DNA of 63,773 nucleotides, the filler included. It is 6 parts of 6 records of this genome, joined end to end, with 100 filler letters (N's around TTAATTAATTAA, not from the genome) between each part and the next. Parts side by side here need not be neighbours in the genome. Positions count along the whole stretch, not along the records: positions 1 to 15,765 come from DRR378314_2586; 5 more parts are not named here. One strand, written 5' to 3'. Positions 1 to 8,688 of the stretch are shown piece by piece. Both the position numbers and the translations under genes were made by a program. The notes under the pieces were generated by a model that saw only the letters and a list, made by a program, of their open reading frames with translations, did not search any database and was not told where the DNA came from. The first letter of the stretch is position 1; each line of letters opens with the position of its first letter.

Positions 1-1796
1 GGCATGCCAATGGTGTCCGTACAATACGATTTTAGGTTGATACCTTGCAGAGCTGATTTGTTGCCAACAATTTCTTTGGTGGAAATTCCTTGGTCTTTCG
101 CCATTTTGGAAACCAAATCATAACGTTCTGGGTGTACGGCAGAATCATCCAAAGGATTATCACCATTTTTAATGCGTAAAAACCCAGCACTTTGCTCAAA
201 GGCCTTGCCTCCCAGACGTGGTACTTTTTTAATTTGCTCCCTGCTTTTGAACTTTCCATTTTCATTTCGGTGGGACACAATATTTTCGGCCAGTTTTGGC
301 CCAATGCCAGACACGTAACTCAAAAGGGGAACACTCGCCGTGTTGATGTTGACTCCTACAGCGTTTACGCAACTTTCCACCACAGTATCCAAAGAAGTTT
401 TTAATTGCGTTTGGTCCACATCATGCTGATATTGCCCAACGCCGATAGATTTGGCGTCAATTTTCACCAATTCGGCCAAAGGGTCTGCCAAACGGCGACC
501 AATGGAAACGGCTCCCCGTACCGTAACGTCATAATTCGGGAATTCGTCGCGGGCAATTTTGGAAGCAGAGTAAATGGACGCTCCAGCCTCGCTTACGATA
601 AAGACTTCAATGGGTTTTTTGAACGGAACCCGCTTTACCAACTGCTCGGTTTCCCGAGAGGCCGTTCCGTTGCCTATGGCAATGGCCTCAATTTTATAAG
701 CATCTACCAACGAACTTATTTTTTTGATGGCTCCGGAACTATCACGCTGTGGTGGATGGGGATAAATGGTTTCGTTGTGTTTTAAATCGCCTTGCTCGTC
801 CAGACAAACTACTTTGCAGCCTGTTCTAAAACCGGGGTCAATGGCCAAGATGCGTTTTTCACCAAGTGGGGCACCGAGCAATAGTTGCTTAAGATTTTTG
901 GAGAAAACCTGAATGGCCGAAGCGTCCGCTTTTTCTTTGGCAGTTTTTAAAAGTTCATTGGACAACGATGGCAACAAGAGTCTTTTGTAGGCATCGGCTA
1001 TTGCCATTTCTATTTGTTCCGCGCACGCATTATTGGTTTTGATCAAGCGCCGTTCCATATTTTGGATAGCTCTTTCGTCATCTATTTCGATTTTTACTCG
1101 GATAAAACCTTCCTTTTCAGCCCGCATAATGGCCAAAAAACGGTGTGATGGACAGCGGCTCAAGGGTTCGCTCCAATCGAAGTAGTCGCGGAACTTTTGT
1201 GCTTTCTCGTCGTCTTTTTTGGTTTTGATGACTTTGGTGGTGATCAAAGCGTGGCGCTCCAACTGACCGCGAAGCTGATTTCGGATATCGGTACGCTCAT
1301 TGATCCATTCCGAAATGATGTGTCGAGCACCTTCGAGGGCATCATCTTCGTTGATGATCTCCTTGCTCAAATATTTGGAAGCGATAAACTCGATTTCATC
1401 GCTACGTTGTGCCATAATGATTTTGGCCAAGGGCTCCAAACCATTTTTTCGTGCGGTTTCGGCTTTGGTCTTTTTGCTTTTTTTGAAGGGAAGATAAAGG
1501 TCTTCCAAACTGGTAAGATCGGTACAGTTCAAAAATTTTGCTTCCAGTTCAGGAGTTAGCGCATCTTGCTCCGTTACCGCTTTGATGATGGCTGCTTTTC
1601 TTTTCTCCAGTGCTTCAAACTGGGCTTTGTACTCCACAATGGAACCGATTTGCACCTCGTCCAAATTGCCCGTGCGTTCTTTTCGATATCTCGAAATAAA
1701 TGGAACGGTGCAATCTTCGTTTAAAAGGGCCACGGTGTTCTCAACACTCTTTTCTGAAAGATTGGTATGGCGAACGATATAGGGGACAAGTTGCAT
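1..1796 (-). CDS. tex: Tex family RNA-binding transcriptional accessory protein (3' end truncated by window edge)
   Basis: Manual minus-strand translation from ATG at 1796: MQLVPYIVRH...TVPFISRYRKERTGNLDEVQI...LAIDPGFRTGCK...VSEAGASIYSAS...SIGVGQYQHDV...VGVNINTAS. Absent from the ORF track because no stop lies in the window. Confidence 0.95.
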   Translation of the reverse strand, partial: MQLVPYIVRHTNLSEKSVENTVALLNEDCTVPFISRYRKERTGNLDEVQIGSIVEYKAQFEALEKRKAAIIKAVTEQDALTPELEAKFLNCTDLTSLEDLYLPFKKSKKTKAETARKNGLEPLAKIIMAQRSDEIEFIASKYLSKEIINEDDALEGARHIISEWINERTDIRNQLRGQLERHALITTKVIKTKKDDEKAQKFRDYFDWSEPLSRCPSHRFLAIMRAEKEGFIRVKIEIDDERAIQNMERRLIKTNNACAEQIEMAIADAYKRLLLPSLSNELLKTAKEKADASAIQVFSKNLKQLLLGAPLGEKRILAIDPGFRTGCKVVCLDEQGDLKHNETIYPHPPQRDSSGAIKKISSLVDAYKIEAIAIGNGTASRETEQLVKRVPFKKPIEVFIVSEAGASIYSASKIARDEFPNYDVTVRGAVSIGRRLADPLAELVKIDAKSIGVGQYQHDVDQTQLKTSLDTVVESCVNAVGVNINTASVPLLSYVSGIGPKLAENIVSHRNENGKFKSREQIKKVPRLGGKAFEQSAGFLRIKNGDNPLDDSAVHPERYDLVSKMAKDQGISTKEIVGNKSALQGINLKSYCTDTIGM

Positions 1797-1814
1797 GATG
1801 TTTGTTTAGTATTT

Positions 1815-1887
1815 GTCATTTCGAGCGCAGTCGAGAAGGCTTTGCGTTCAAGTTTCTAATGTGGGTCTCGACTGCACTCGACCTGAC
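1815..1887. repeat. Inverted doublet of GTCA-tagged REP-like palindromes
   Basis: GTCATTTCGAGCGCAGTCGAGAAGGCT (1815-1841) faces TCTCGACTGCACTCGACCTGAC (1866-1887) in the metG-tex intergenic gap. Confidence 0.85.
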
Positions 1888-1905
1888 AGTTTCTCAGGAT
1901 ATGAA

Positions 1906-3987
1906 TTAATTTATGGTTTCCCCGTTGCTTACGTTTTCCTCATCAGGATTGACAAATACGAGTTTGCCATCTTTGTCCTCCGTCATCAAAATCATCCCCT
2001 GACTTTCCACACCACGTAATTTTCTGGGAGCCAAGTTGGCCACGATGGTTACTTTTTTGCCTACAATGTCCTCGGGTTTAAAGCTGTTGGCGATACCGGA
2101 GACAATGGTTCGGGTATCAAGGCCCATATCCACTTTCAATACCAAAAGCTTGTTGGCCTTGGGCATTTTTTTGGCTTCGATAATCGTTCCTACGCGCAGA
2201 TCAAGCTTTGCGAAGTCATCAAATGTGATGGTATCTTTTAAAGGTGTTGCTTCTTTGTCCATTTGGGCATTTGCTTTTTTGGTGGCTTCCAATTTGTCCA
2301 GTTGTCTTTGAATTTCCTTGTCCTCTATTTTTCTGAAGAGCAGTTCACTTTTGTTGATGGTGTGTCCTGCTGAAAGTAAAGTCTCTTTTGAACTAACATC
2401 CTCCCATTTGATAGATTTCTCACCTTCGTTCGAAATGACATTAAGAACCCCTTTCAATTTCTTTGAAGTAAACGGCAAAAATGGCTCACTAAGTACTGCC
2501 AACCCCGTCGCAATTTGAAGCGCTACGTACATTATGGTCTTTACGCGCTCTTCGTCTGTTTTAATGAGTTTCCATGGTTCTTCGTCCGCCAAGTATTTGT
2601 TGCCCAATCGTGCCAAGTTCATCAATTCTTGACTTCCTTCACGGAATCGGTACCTTTCTAATGAGTTAGCCAATATTTCAGGGTAATCTTTCAAGGCTTT
2701 CAAAGTCTCCAAATCCGTCTCGGAAAATTCGGCCGGAGCGGGGACAACCCCATCGTAATATTTATGGGTCAGTACAGTGACTCGGTTCACGAAGTTGCCA
2801 AAAATGGCAACTAGTTCGTTATTGTTTCTTGATTGAAAATCTTTCCAAGTAAAATCGTTGTCCTTGGTTTCAGGGGCGTTTGCAGTCAATGTGTAGCGAA
2901 GCACATCTTGCATATCTGGGAACTCCTCTAAGTATTCGTGCAACCAAACCGCCCAGTTTTTGGATGTGGAAAGTTTGTTGCCTTCAAGGTTCAAAAACTC
3001 ATTTGCGGGCACATTATCTGGTAAAATATAGTCGCCATTGGCCTCCAACATACTAGGGAAGATGATGCAGTGGAACACTATGTTGTCCTTACCGATAAAA
3101 TGGACCAATTTGGTGCTTTCATCCTTCCAATAGGGCTCCCAGTCCTTGCCTTCACGTTCCGCCCACTCTTTGGTAGAGGATATGTAACCGATGGGCGCAT
3201 CAAACCATACGTAAAGTACCTTTCCTTCACCTCCTTTCACAGGAACTGGGATTCCCCAGTCCAGATCCCGAGTTACGGCACGGGGTTTTAGGCCTTCATC
3301 AATCCAAGATTTACATTGGCCGTACACATTGGGTTTCCAGTCGGATTTATGTTCTTCCAAAATCCATTTTTTCAAGAACCCTTCGTAGCGATCCAAAGGT
3401 AAAAACCAATGTTTTGTCTTTTTTAAAGTTGGAACTGTTCCTGTAATGGTCGATTTTGGATTGATAAGATCCGTAGCATTGAGCGATGATCCACAATTTT
3501 CACATTGGTCGCCGTATGCTTCCTCGTGACCGCATCTGGGGCAGGTTCCAATAACAAATCTGTCCGCTAAAAATTGCGCGGCCTCGTCATCGTATAATTG
3601 CTCAGTTTCTTCCTCAATAAAATCACCTTGTTCGTACATTTTTTTGAAAAACTCCGAAGCAGTGTCGTGATGTATTTTTGCGGATGTCCTGGAGTAATTA
3701 TCAAACGAAATACCAAAATCAACAAAGGATTTTTTGATGATACCATGGTACTTATCTATTATTTCTGTGGGGGTAACGCCTTCTTTTTTAGCCTTCATGG
3801 AAATGGCCACACCATGCTCATCGCTACCACACACAAAGGCGACATCGTTGCCCTTTAAGCGTAAATAACGAGTGTAAATGTCAGCAGGAACGTAGACGCC
3901 CGCCAAGTGCCCAATATGAATGGGGCCGTTGGTATAGGGAAGTGCTGCAGTTATGGTATACCGGGAAGGAGATGTATTTTGAGCCAT
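1906..3987 (-). CDS. metG: Methionine--tRNA ligase with C-terminal tRNA-binding (Trbp111-like) domain
   Basis: HIGH motif (PIHIGH), Zn knuckle CPRC...CENC, KLSTS (KMSKS-type) motif, C-terminal LDLRVGTI...ESQGMIL domain. Confidence 0.98.
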   Translation of the reverse strand: MAQNTSPSRYTITAALPYTNGPIHIGHLAGVYVPADIYTRYLRLKGNDVAFVCGSDEHGVAISMKAKKEGVTPTEIIDKYHGIIKKSFVDFGISFDNYSRTSAKIHHDTASEFFKKMYEQGDFIEEETEQLYDDEAAQFLADRFVIGTCPRCGHEEAYGDQCENCGSSLNATDLINPKSTITGTVPTLKKTKHWFLPLDRYEGFLKKWILEEHKSDWKPNVYGQCKSWIDEGLKPRAVTRDLDWGIPVPVKGGEGKVLYVWFDAPIGYISSTKEWAEREGKDWEPYWKDESTKLVHFIGKDNIVFHCIIFPSMLEANGDYILPDNVPANEFLNLEGNKLSTSKNWAVWLHEYLEEFPDMQDVLRYTLTANAPETKDNDFTWKDFQSRNNNELVAIFGNFVNRVTVLTHKYYDGVVPAPAEFSETDLETLKALKDYPEILANSLERYRFREGSQELMNLARLGNKYLADEEPWKLIKTDEERVKTIMYVALQIATGLAVLSEPFLPFTSKKLKGVLNVISNEGEKSIKWEDVSSKETLLSAGHTINKSELLFRKIEDKEIQRQLDKLEATKKANAQMDKEATPLKDTITFDDFAKLDLRVGTIIEAKKMPKANKLLVLKVDMGLDTRTIVSGIANSFKPEDIVGKKVTIVANLAPRKLRGVESQGMILMTEDKDGKLVFVNPDEENVSNGETIN
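2413..2439 (-). repeat. 27-nt GTCA-tagged palindrome in frame within metG (encodes VISNEGEKS)
   Basis: Minus strand GTCATTTCGAACGAAGGTGAGAAATCT matches the intergenic copy at 1815-1841 at 21/27 positions. Confidence 0.75.
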
Positions 3988-4007
3988 GTAGAATTCTAAT
4001 TAGGCCC

Positions 4008-4015
4008 CAAAAATA
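4008..4015 (-). promoter_or_regulatory. Bacteroidota sigma-A -7 element upstream of metG
   Basis: TATTTTTG on the minus strand fits TAnnTTTG, 20 nt upstream of the metG ATG. Confidence 0.55.
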
Positions 4016-4037
4016 CTGATTTTAACGGGATACACAT

Positions 4038-4102
4038 AAAAAACGAAACCCTCGAAAATGCGACCCTATTTGGGGTGAGGGGTACATTGCCGAAGGGTTT
4101 CG
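4038..4102 (-). terminator. Long-stem intrinsic terminator after the DUF1501 gene
   Basis: CGAAACCCTCG...ACCC / GGGT...CGAAGGGTTTCG inverted repeat followed by a T6 run on the minus strand. Confidence 0.6.
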
Positions 4103-4131
4103 AAAAATGGACAATATTGTGTCCGCTTTTT

Positions 4132-5850
4132 TTAAGAAATCATCACTGATTTGCTCATTTTTTTATCACCTACAGAAATTCTGTAAATGTATTTTCCTGT
4201 GGATAAACTGTCGCGCATCCGTTCCCGAATGTTGATGTCCACGGCACCTTCCAGCATCATTTCGTTGAACAATGTTCCCACACGTTGTCCCAAAATATTG
4301 AAGAGCTCAATATCCACATGGGCCGAAACGGGCATTTCCAAATGGATATATGGGTCTCTTGGGGATGTTGCTGGATACACTGCTGCATGTGCAATGGTAT
4401 CCAAAACATCAACATTGGGATCCAAGGGATCTTGACTTGGTGGTGTATCCGGTAATATTGGTGGATCATTGTCCATGGCAATATCATCAAAGGTTTCACC
4501 ACTACAGTTAAAGCCAAGGTCGATGGCTTGATAGGGATGGCCCAATAAGTGTTGTTCCACGGATTCCCTTGGAACACAGAGCCATTCGGCCAATACGGTT
4601 CCATAAAGGTTTCTAAAGTCCATAGTGTATTCCAGATTCCCTCGGTTGTTGGGTTCATCCAAGGACGGGTGTTCCCCAACAAAAGCGCTACCGCTCAATC
4701 CGGAACCAAAGAACAGGGTGGGTGCCGCTTTTCCGTGATCGGTACCATTGGAACCATTTTCAAAGATTCTTCGGCCAAACTCGGAGAAGGTCATACTCAG
4801 TACGTTATCATCCTGTTCTGTGAAAGCAAGGTCTTCGTAGAAATTATTGATGGCAACGGACAGGTTGGACATTAAACGCTCGTGCACTATCGGTTGATTT
4901 CCGTGGGTGTCAAACCCTCCCAAAGAAATCATATATACTTTGGTACCCAAATTTCCTTTGATCAAGCGCGCCAAGAGCGCCAATTGTCGGGCAAAACCAT
5001 TGTCTTGATACTCTACTTGATTTTGACCCGCCATATAAGCATCATGAATGGTACCTGCATATTCATATGTTGTATTGGCTACGCCTCGTAGAAACCTCAA
5101 TTGGTCTCCGTACATACAGTCATCAAAAGGTGCATTTTCGATATCGTAAAAGAATCCTGTCTCTGCAATTTGCTCCAATTGATCCACATTATTGGTCACA
5201 AATGCGTAGTTGGTTTCCTCGCCTTGAAAAACCATATTGGCCAAGTTTCCAATTTGAATGGCCGCAGGTGCCGGTGGTGGATTGATCAGATAATCTGGAT
5301 AAAGCTCCTCAAAATGTCTACCCATCCAACCAGTATTTTCTCCAGAGAAACCGGTAGTTGTTAAATCGGTATTGGCAAAAATATCGGAGCCCGTAAAGTG
5401 GGACAAACTTTGGTTTTCGTACCCTACACCATGCACGGCCTTGAACTGGCCATCTCCCCAAAGGGATTCCAGGGCGCTCATATAAGTGGGCACCCCAAAA
5501 TCATCGGTAAGCTTTAAAACCTTACTTTCTGGGATATAGATGTTGGGTCTTGCATTTGCATAAGTATCATATTGTTGTATAGGAATTACGGTGCTGAGTC
5601 CGTCGTTTCCACCCGATAATCGGATCAGGATCAAAATATTGTCTGTTTCCGCGGCAGCTACTGCGGCTGTTAGCGGTGAAGGTGAGGAAGCCGAAATCAT
5701 ATGGCTTCCCAAAAACATGGAACCTGAACCTGCGATGCCCAAGGCTTGGACAAAGGAACGTCGGCTCCATTTTTTATGTTCTAGATCGTGGCCTTCGTGT
5801 TCTAGGCCTTTGTGAGGGGATTTATCGTGGGTATGGTGATTATCGCACAT
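4132..5850 (-). CDS. DUF1501 family protein with Tat signal and C-terminal T9SS type A sorting domain
   Basis: Start re-called at MCDNHH (5850), 10 nt after the DUF1800 stop. Shows SRRSFVQALG twin-arginine motif; GGNDGL, SLSHF, GGFDTH, SEFGRR and GTDHG DUF1501 motifs; tail IELFNILGQRV...LSTGKYIYRI...SKSVMIS. Confidence 0.88.
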   Translation of the reverse strand: MCDNHHTHDKSPHKGLEHEGHDLEHKKWSRRSFVQALGIAGSGSMFLGSHMISASSPSPLTAAVAAAETDNILILIRLSGGNDGLSTVIPIQQYDTYANARPNIYIPESKVLKLTDDFGVPTYMSALESLWGDGQFKAVHGVGYENQSLSHFTGSDIFANTDLTTTGFSGENTGWMGRHFEELYPDYLINPPPAPAAIQIGNLANMVFQGEETNYAFVTNNVDQLEQIAETGFFYDIENAPFDDCMYGDQLRFLRGVANTTYEYAGTIHDAYMAGQNQVEYQDNGFARQLALLARLIKGNLGTKVYMISLGGFDTHGNQPIVHERLMSNLSVAINNFYEDLAFTEQDDNVLSMTFSEFGRRIFENGSNGTDHGKAAPTLFFGSGLSGSAFVGEHPSLDEPNNRGNLEYTMDFRNLYGTVLAEWLCVPRESVEQHLLGHPYQAIDLGFNCSGETFDDIAMDNDPPILPDTPPSQDPLDPNVDVLDTIAHAAVYPATSPRDPYIHLEMPVSAHVDIELFNILGQRVGTLFNEMMLEGAVDINIRERMRDSLSTGKYIYRISVGDKKMSKSVMIS

Positions 5851-5860
5851 GTTGATGGGG

Positions 5861-7372
5861 TTATTTGAGTTGAAATTCGGGTTCTCTGGATAAATGGCGT
5901 AACAATAGGTAAACCTGGGTAGGTACTTCCATACTTGATGAAAGAACCCACCAACCGTTACCACCGGGAATATAATCAGGTGAGTAATATTCTTCCGGGA
6001 CATCATCGATTTTGAAGGCATCCATGGCCTTTTCAAAATCAGCATCCGTCAAAAGGCCCTTTGGCGTAAACTTGTTCACCAATGCCCTGACCACTGTTTC
6101 AGGATTGCTGGTATTGCTGTCGGCCGGTCCTACAGCATCCATGGCCAGCGTTCTAAACTGTTCCGAATCGTTCTGGAAAAAACGATCAATGAAAACTTCC
6201 ATGGTCAGCCAACGGCCAATAATAAAGTTGGTATTTATCCAAGTTCGGTCCCGTTGCCAACCTTCCACTTCGGGAGGTTCAAAAAATTCTTGCCCGATCA
6301 AGGAACATGCATCAATCATATTTAAAACAGTTCCGTCATCGTAAGAGAAACCGGTTTCTTTTAAAAAGTTGAAGTAGAGGTCCGCAGGACTTTTAATGAT
6401 CACACCGATTGCGGTTTCATCAAAAAAGTGCTGACTTTTGAACAGTTGACGAAGAACAGGAGCAATTTCAAATCCACTGCTGATAAAGGTCTGGGCCATT
6501 CCGTCAATAATTTGAGGAGCAATCCCTCCATCTTCGTTTGTGGAATCGGGATGAACAAAAAACTCGTAAAGCTTTTTACAGATAAACCATCCGATTTCAT
6601 TAGCTCTTTCGTTGAAAAGAATGTCGATGACATCATCGTAGTCCCAATTCCCTGTTTGACCGAATATGGTTTTATTCTCGGTATTGAATTCCGTGGGGTC
6701 AAAAGTAACTTGGGTACAACCTTCTTCTCCGCGTTCCGTGTAACCGGATATTGCTTTGGAAGTTTCAATAATGTCTTCTTCGGTGTAATTGTTCCCTTCT
6801 CCCAAAGTGAAAAGCTCGTAAAGCTCACGAGCATAGTTCTCGTTGGGGTTGTTGCCTCGGTTTCGTACACCGTCCAAATAATAGAGCATGGCACTGGTGA
6901 GACCTATTTCACTGGTAAAGGTCTTGAAATTGCCCAAAGCATTCCGCTGCAGACAGTTGATATAGTAATACAGAAACCCTGGACAGTTATACGTCCTTAA
7001 CTGAGTAACAAAATGGTTGCTCCAAAAGAAACTGAGCCTATCCAATAACTCGTTTTCCACCAAGGCATTCCCGTAGGCAGTGGTAAAATCTTCAATTTGC
7101 GCTCGTCGTAAGGCACGGGCCATATCATCATCGGCAGGATAATTGGCATCGTTCCAGTCGGCCCATTCCGGCGCAGGTATAGTAGGTGCGGCAAGCGCTT
7201 GATTGACCAAGTTGTCCACTAGGGTGTCCGCTGCTTGTCCGACAGCGGCGTTGATGGTTTGTACTGAGGCACTAAAACCAAGCCTTCGGTACAAGTGGGC
7301 CGCACGTAACTCATCCAATGGAGTAGTGTACGGCGCCAAGGTTGAGGAATTACAATTGATAAAGTACTCCAT
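5861..7372 (-). CDS. DUF1800 family protein
   Basis: AAHLYRRLGF, FFWSNHF, AMLYYLDG, PNENYARELYELFTLG motifs; directly upstream of DUF1501, the usual pairing. Confidence 0.92.
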   Translation of the reverse strand: MEYFINCNSSTLAPYTTPLDELRAAHLYRRLGFSASVQTINAAVGQAADTLVDNLVNQALAAPTIPAPEWADWNDANYPADDDMARALRRAQIEDFTTAYGNALVENELLDRLSFFWSNHFVTQLRTYNCPGFLYYYINCLQRNALGNFKTFTSEIGLTSAMLYYLDGVRNRGNNPNENYARELYELFTLGEGNNYTEEDIIETSKAISGYTERGEEGCTQVTFDPTEFNTENKTIFGQTGNWDYDDVIDILFNERANEIGWFICKKLYEFFVHPDSTNEDGGIAPQIIDGMAQTFISSGFEIAPVLRQLFKSQHFFDETAIGVIIKSPADLYFNFLKETGFSYDDGTVLNMIDACSLIGQEFFEPPEVEGWQRDRTWINTNFIIGRWLTMEVFIDRFFQNDSEQFRTLAMDAVGPADSNTSNPETVVRALVNKFTPKGLLTDADFEKAMDAFKIDDVPEEYYSPDYIPGGNGWWVLSSSMEVPTQVYLLLRHLSREPEFQLK

Positions 7373-7542
7373 AGCAATTTCTGGCGTTAATATGGTACAT
7401 AGTTTTGGGGCAACTATATGTTTATGCTAATGTTGGATGTGGTTCAATTGAGCCAACAAAGTACAATCTTAACGCTCCAAAGTCCATGAACAACCAAATT
7501 TTTCGATGAAATGCACATTTTTTTTAGATTTTTACAAATCAT

Positions 7543-7902
7543 ATGGCAAATCATAACACATTTGGAAAACTTGGAGAGCAAAAAGCAGTTGATTTTTTGA
7601 AGGCTTCAGGCTATGAAATCAAAGCGCGCAACTATCGGTACCTCAATGCGGAGGTGGATATCATTGCCGAGAAGGAGGGGTTTTTGGTGATTGTTGAAGT
7701 AAAGTCAAGAAATAAAGGGTTTTTGGAGGATATATCCGATGCAATATCACCCAAAAAAATCAAACTTTTAACAATGGCTGCAGACCATTTTGTAGCAAAG
7801 AAGGACTTGGATTTAGAGGTTCGATTCGATATAATCACGGTAATCAAAAACGGTAAAAATTTTAACGTTGAGCACTTTGAAAATGCATTCTATCATTTTT
7901 AA
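7543..7902 (+). CDS. yraN: YraN/UPF0102 family putative endonuclease
   Basis: GKLGEQKA, RNYRY...EVDIIA, VEVKSR, RFDII motifs. Confidence 0.93.
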   Translation: MANHNTFGKLGEQKAVDFLKASGYEIKARNYRYLNAEVDIIAEKEGFLVIVEVKSRNKGFLEDISDAISPKKIKLLTMAADHFVAKKDLDLEVRFDIITVIKNGKNFNVEHFENAFYHF

Positions 7903-7929
7903 CCATTTGTTTGTTTTGTAACAATATGT

Positions 7930-7937
7930 TATTTTTG
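7930..7937 (+). promoter_or_regulatory. Bacteroidota -7 promoter element
   Basis: TATTTTTG 18 nt before the ATG at 7956, with TTTG runs about 20 nt further upstream. Confidence 0.55.
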
Positions 7938-7955
7938 TTCAAAACCAAGCAATAA

Positions 7956-8615
7956 ATGAAAACAATATCTGCTGTTGTCGAGCATTACATTAAGAAAAAA
8001 CCTTTTCTTCAAACAGCTTTGGCGCAGGGCATTATCAATTTGACTTCTTTGTCCAGACAGATAAAACCCGAAATCGCTGAAGAATTGGGTAAAGATGTTA
8101 AAGATGGTGCCATTGTGATGGCCCTTAAACGCCTTTCGGACGATTTGGAGTTCAGGGCCACGCACAAAATCGTAAAGGTGCTCAAAAATATCGGTGAGAT
8201 TACGGTGCGCTCCAACCTGACGGATTACACTTTTTTGGCCTCCGATACCATATTACAGCAACAAGCGAGATTGTTGGAAGAGGTGAATGCCAATCAAGAT
8301 GTATTTTATACCTCTTCCCGCGGTGTGAACGAAATCAATATTGTGATCAGCAATGTGATGGACGAGGTAGTGGAAAAGTACTTTAAAATGGAACGCTGCA
8401 CTCAAAAGGCGGAAGGGCTTTCTTCCATTACCGTAAAATTGCCTGCAGAGAACGTTTCTGTTCCAGGTATATACTATTTCATCTTTCAAAGATTGGCTTG
8501 GGAAGGCATTGTCCTCTATGAGGTAATCTCCACCACCAACGAGTTTACCATTGTGGTGAACGATGAGCAAGTGGATGTCGCTTTTAAGACCATCAAAGAT
8601 TTAAAATCACTCTAA
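7956..8615 (+). CDS. ACT-domain protein (aspartate-kinase regulatory-like, no kinase domain)
   Basis: N-terminal helical GIINLTSLSRQI segment and C-terminal ACT-like VPGIYYFIFQRLAWEGIVLYEVISTTNEFTIVV; only 219 aa. Confidence 0.75.
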   Translation: MKTISAVVEHYIKKKPFLQTALAQGIINLTSLSRQIKPEIAEELGKDVKDGAIVMALKRLSDDLEFRATHKIVKVLKNIGEITVRSNLTDYTFLASDTILQQQARLLEEVNANQDVFYTSSRGVNEINIVISNVMDEVVEKYFKMERCTQKAEGLSSITVKLPAENVSVPGIYYFIFQRLAWEGIVLYEVISTTNEFTIVVNDEQVDVAFKTIKDLKSL

Positions 8616-8688
8616 AACCAGATTCCCTTTATTGGTCTAAACTAAAACGAAATCTTCTTCGTTGTAGAAAAAGACACTTTTTGGAAAA

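Noticed and set aside
32-1782. Several short ORFs in the track
   Set aside because: Shadow or out-of-frame ORFs over the single tex gene.
5851-6045. 65-aa N-terminal extension of the DUF1501 ORF
   Set aside because: Overlaps the DUF1800 3' end; the ATG at 5850 gives a proper Tat signal position.
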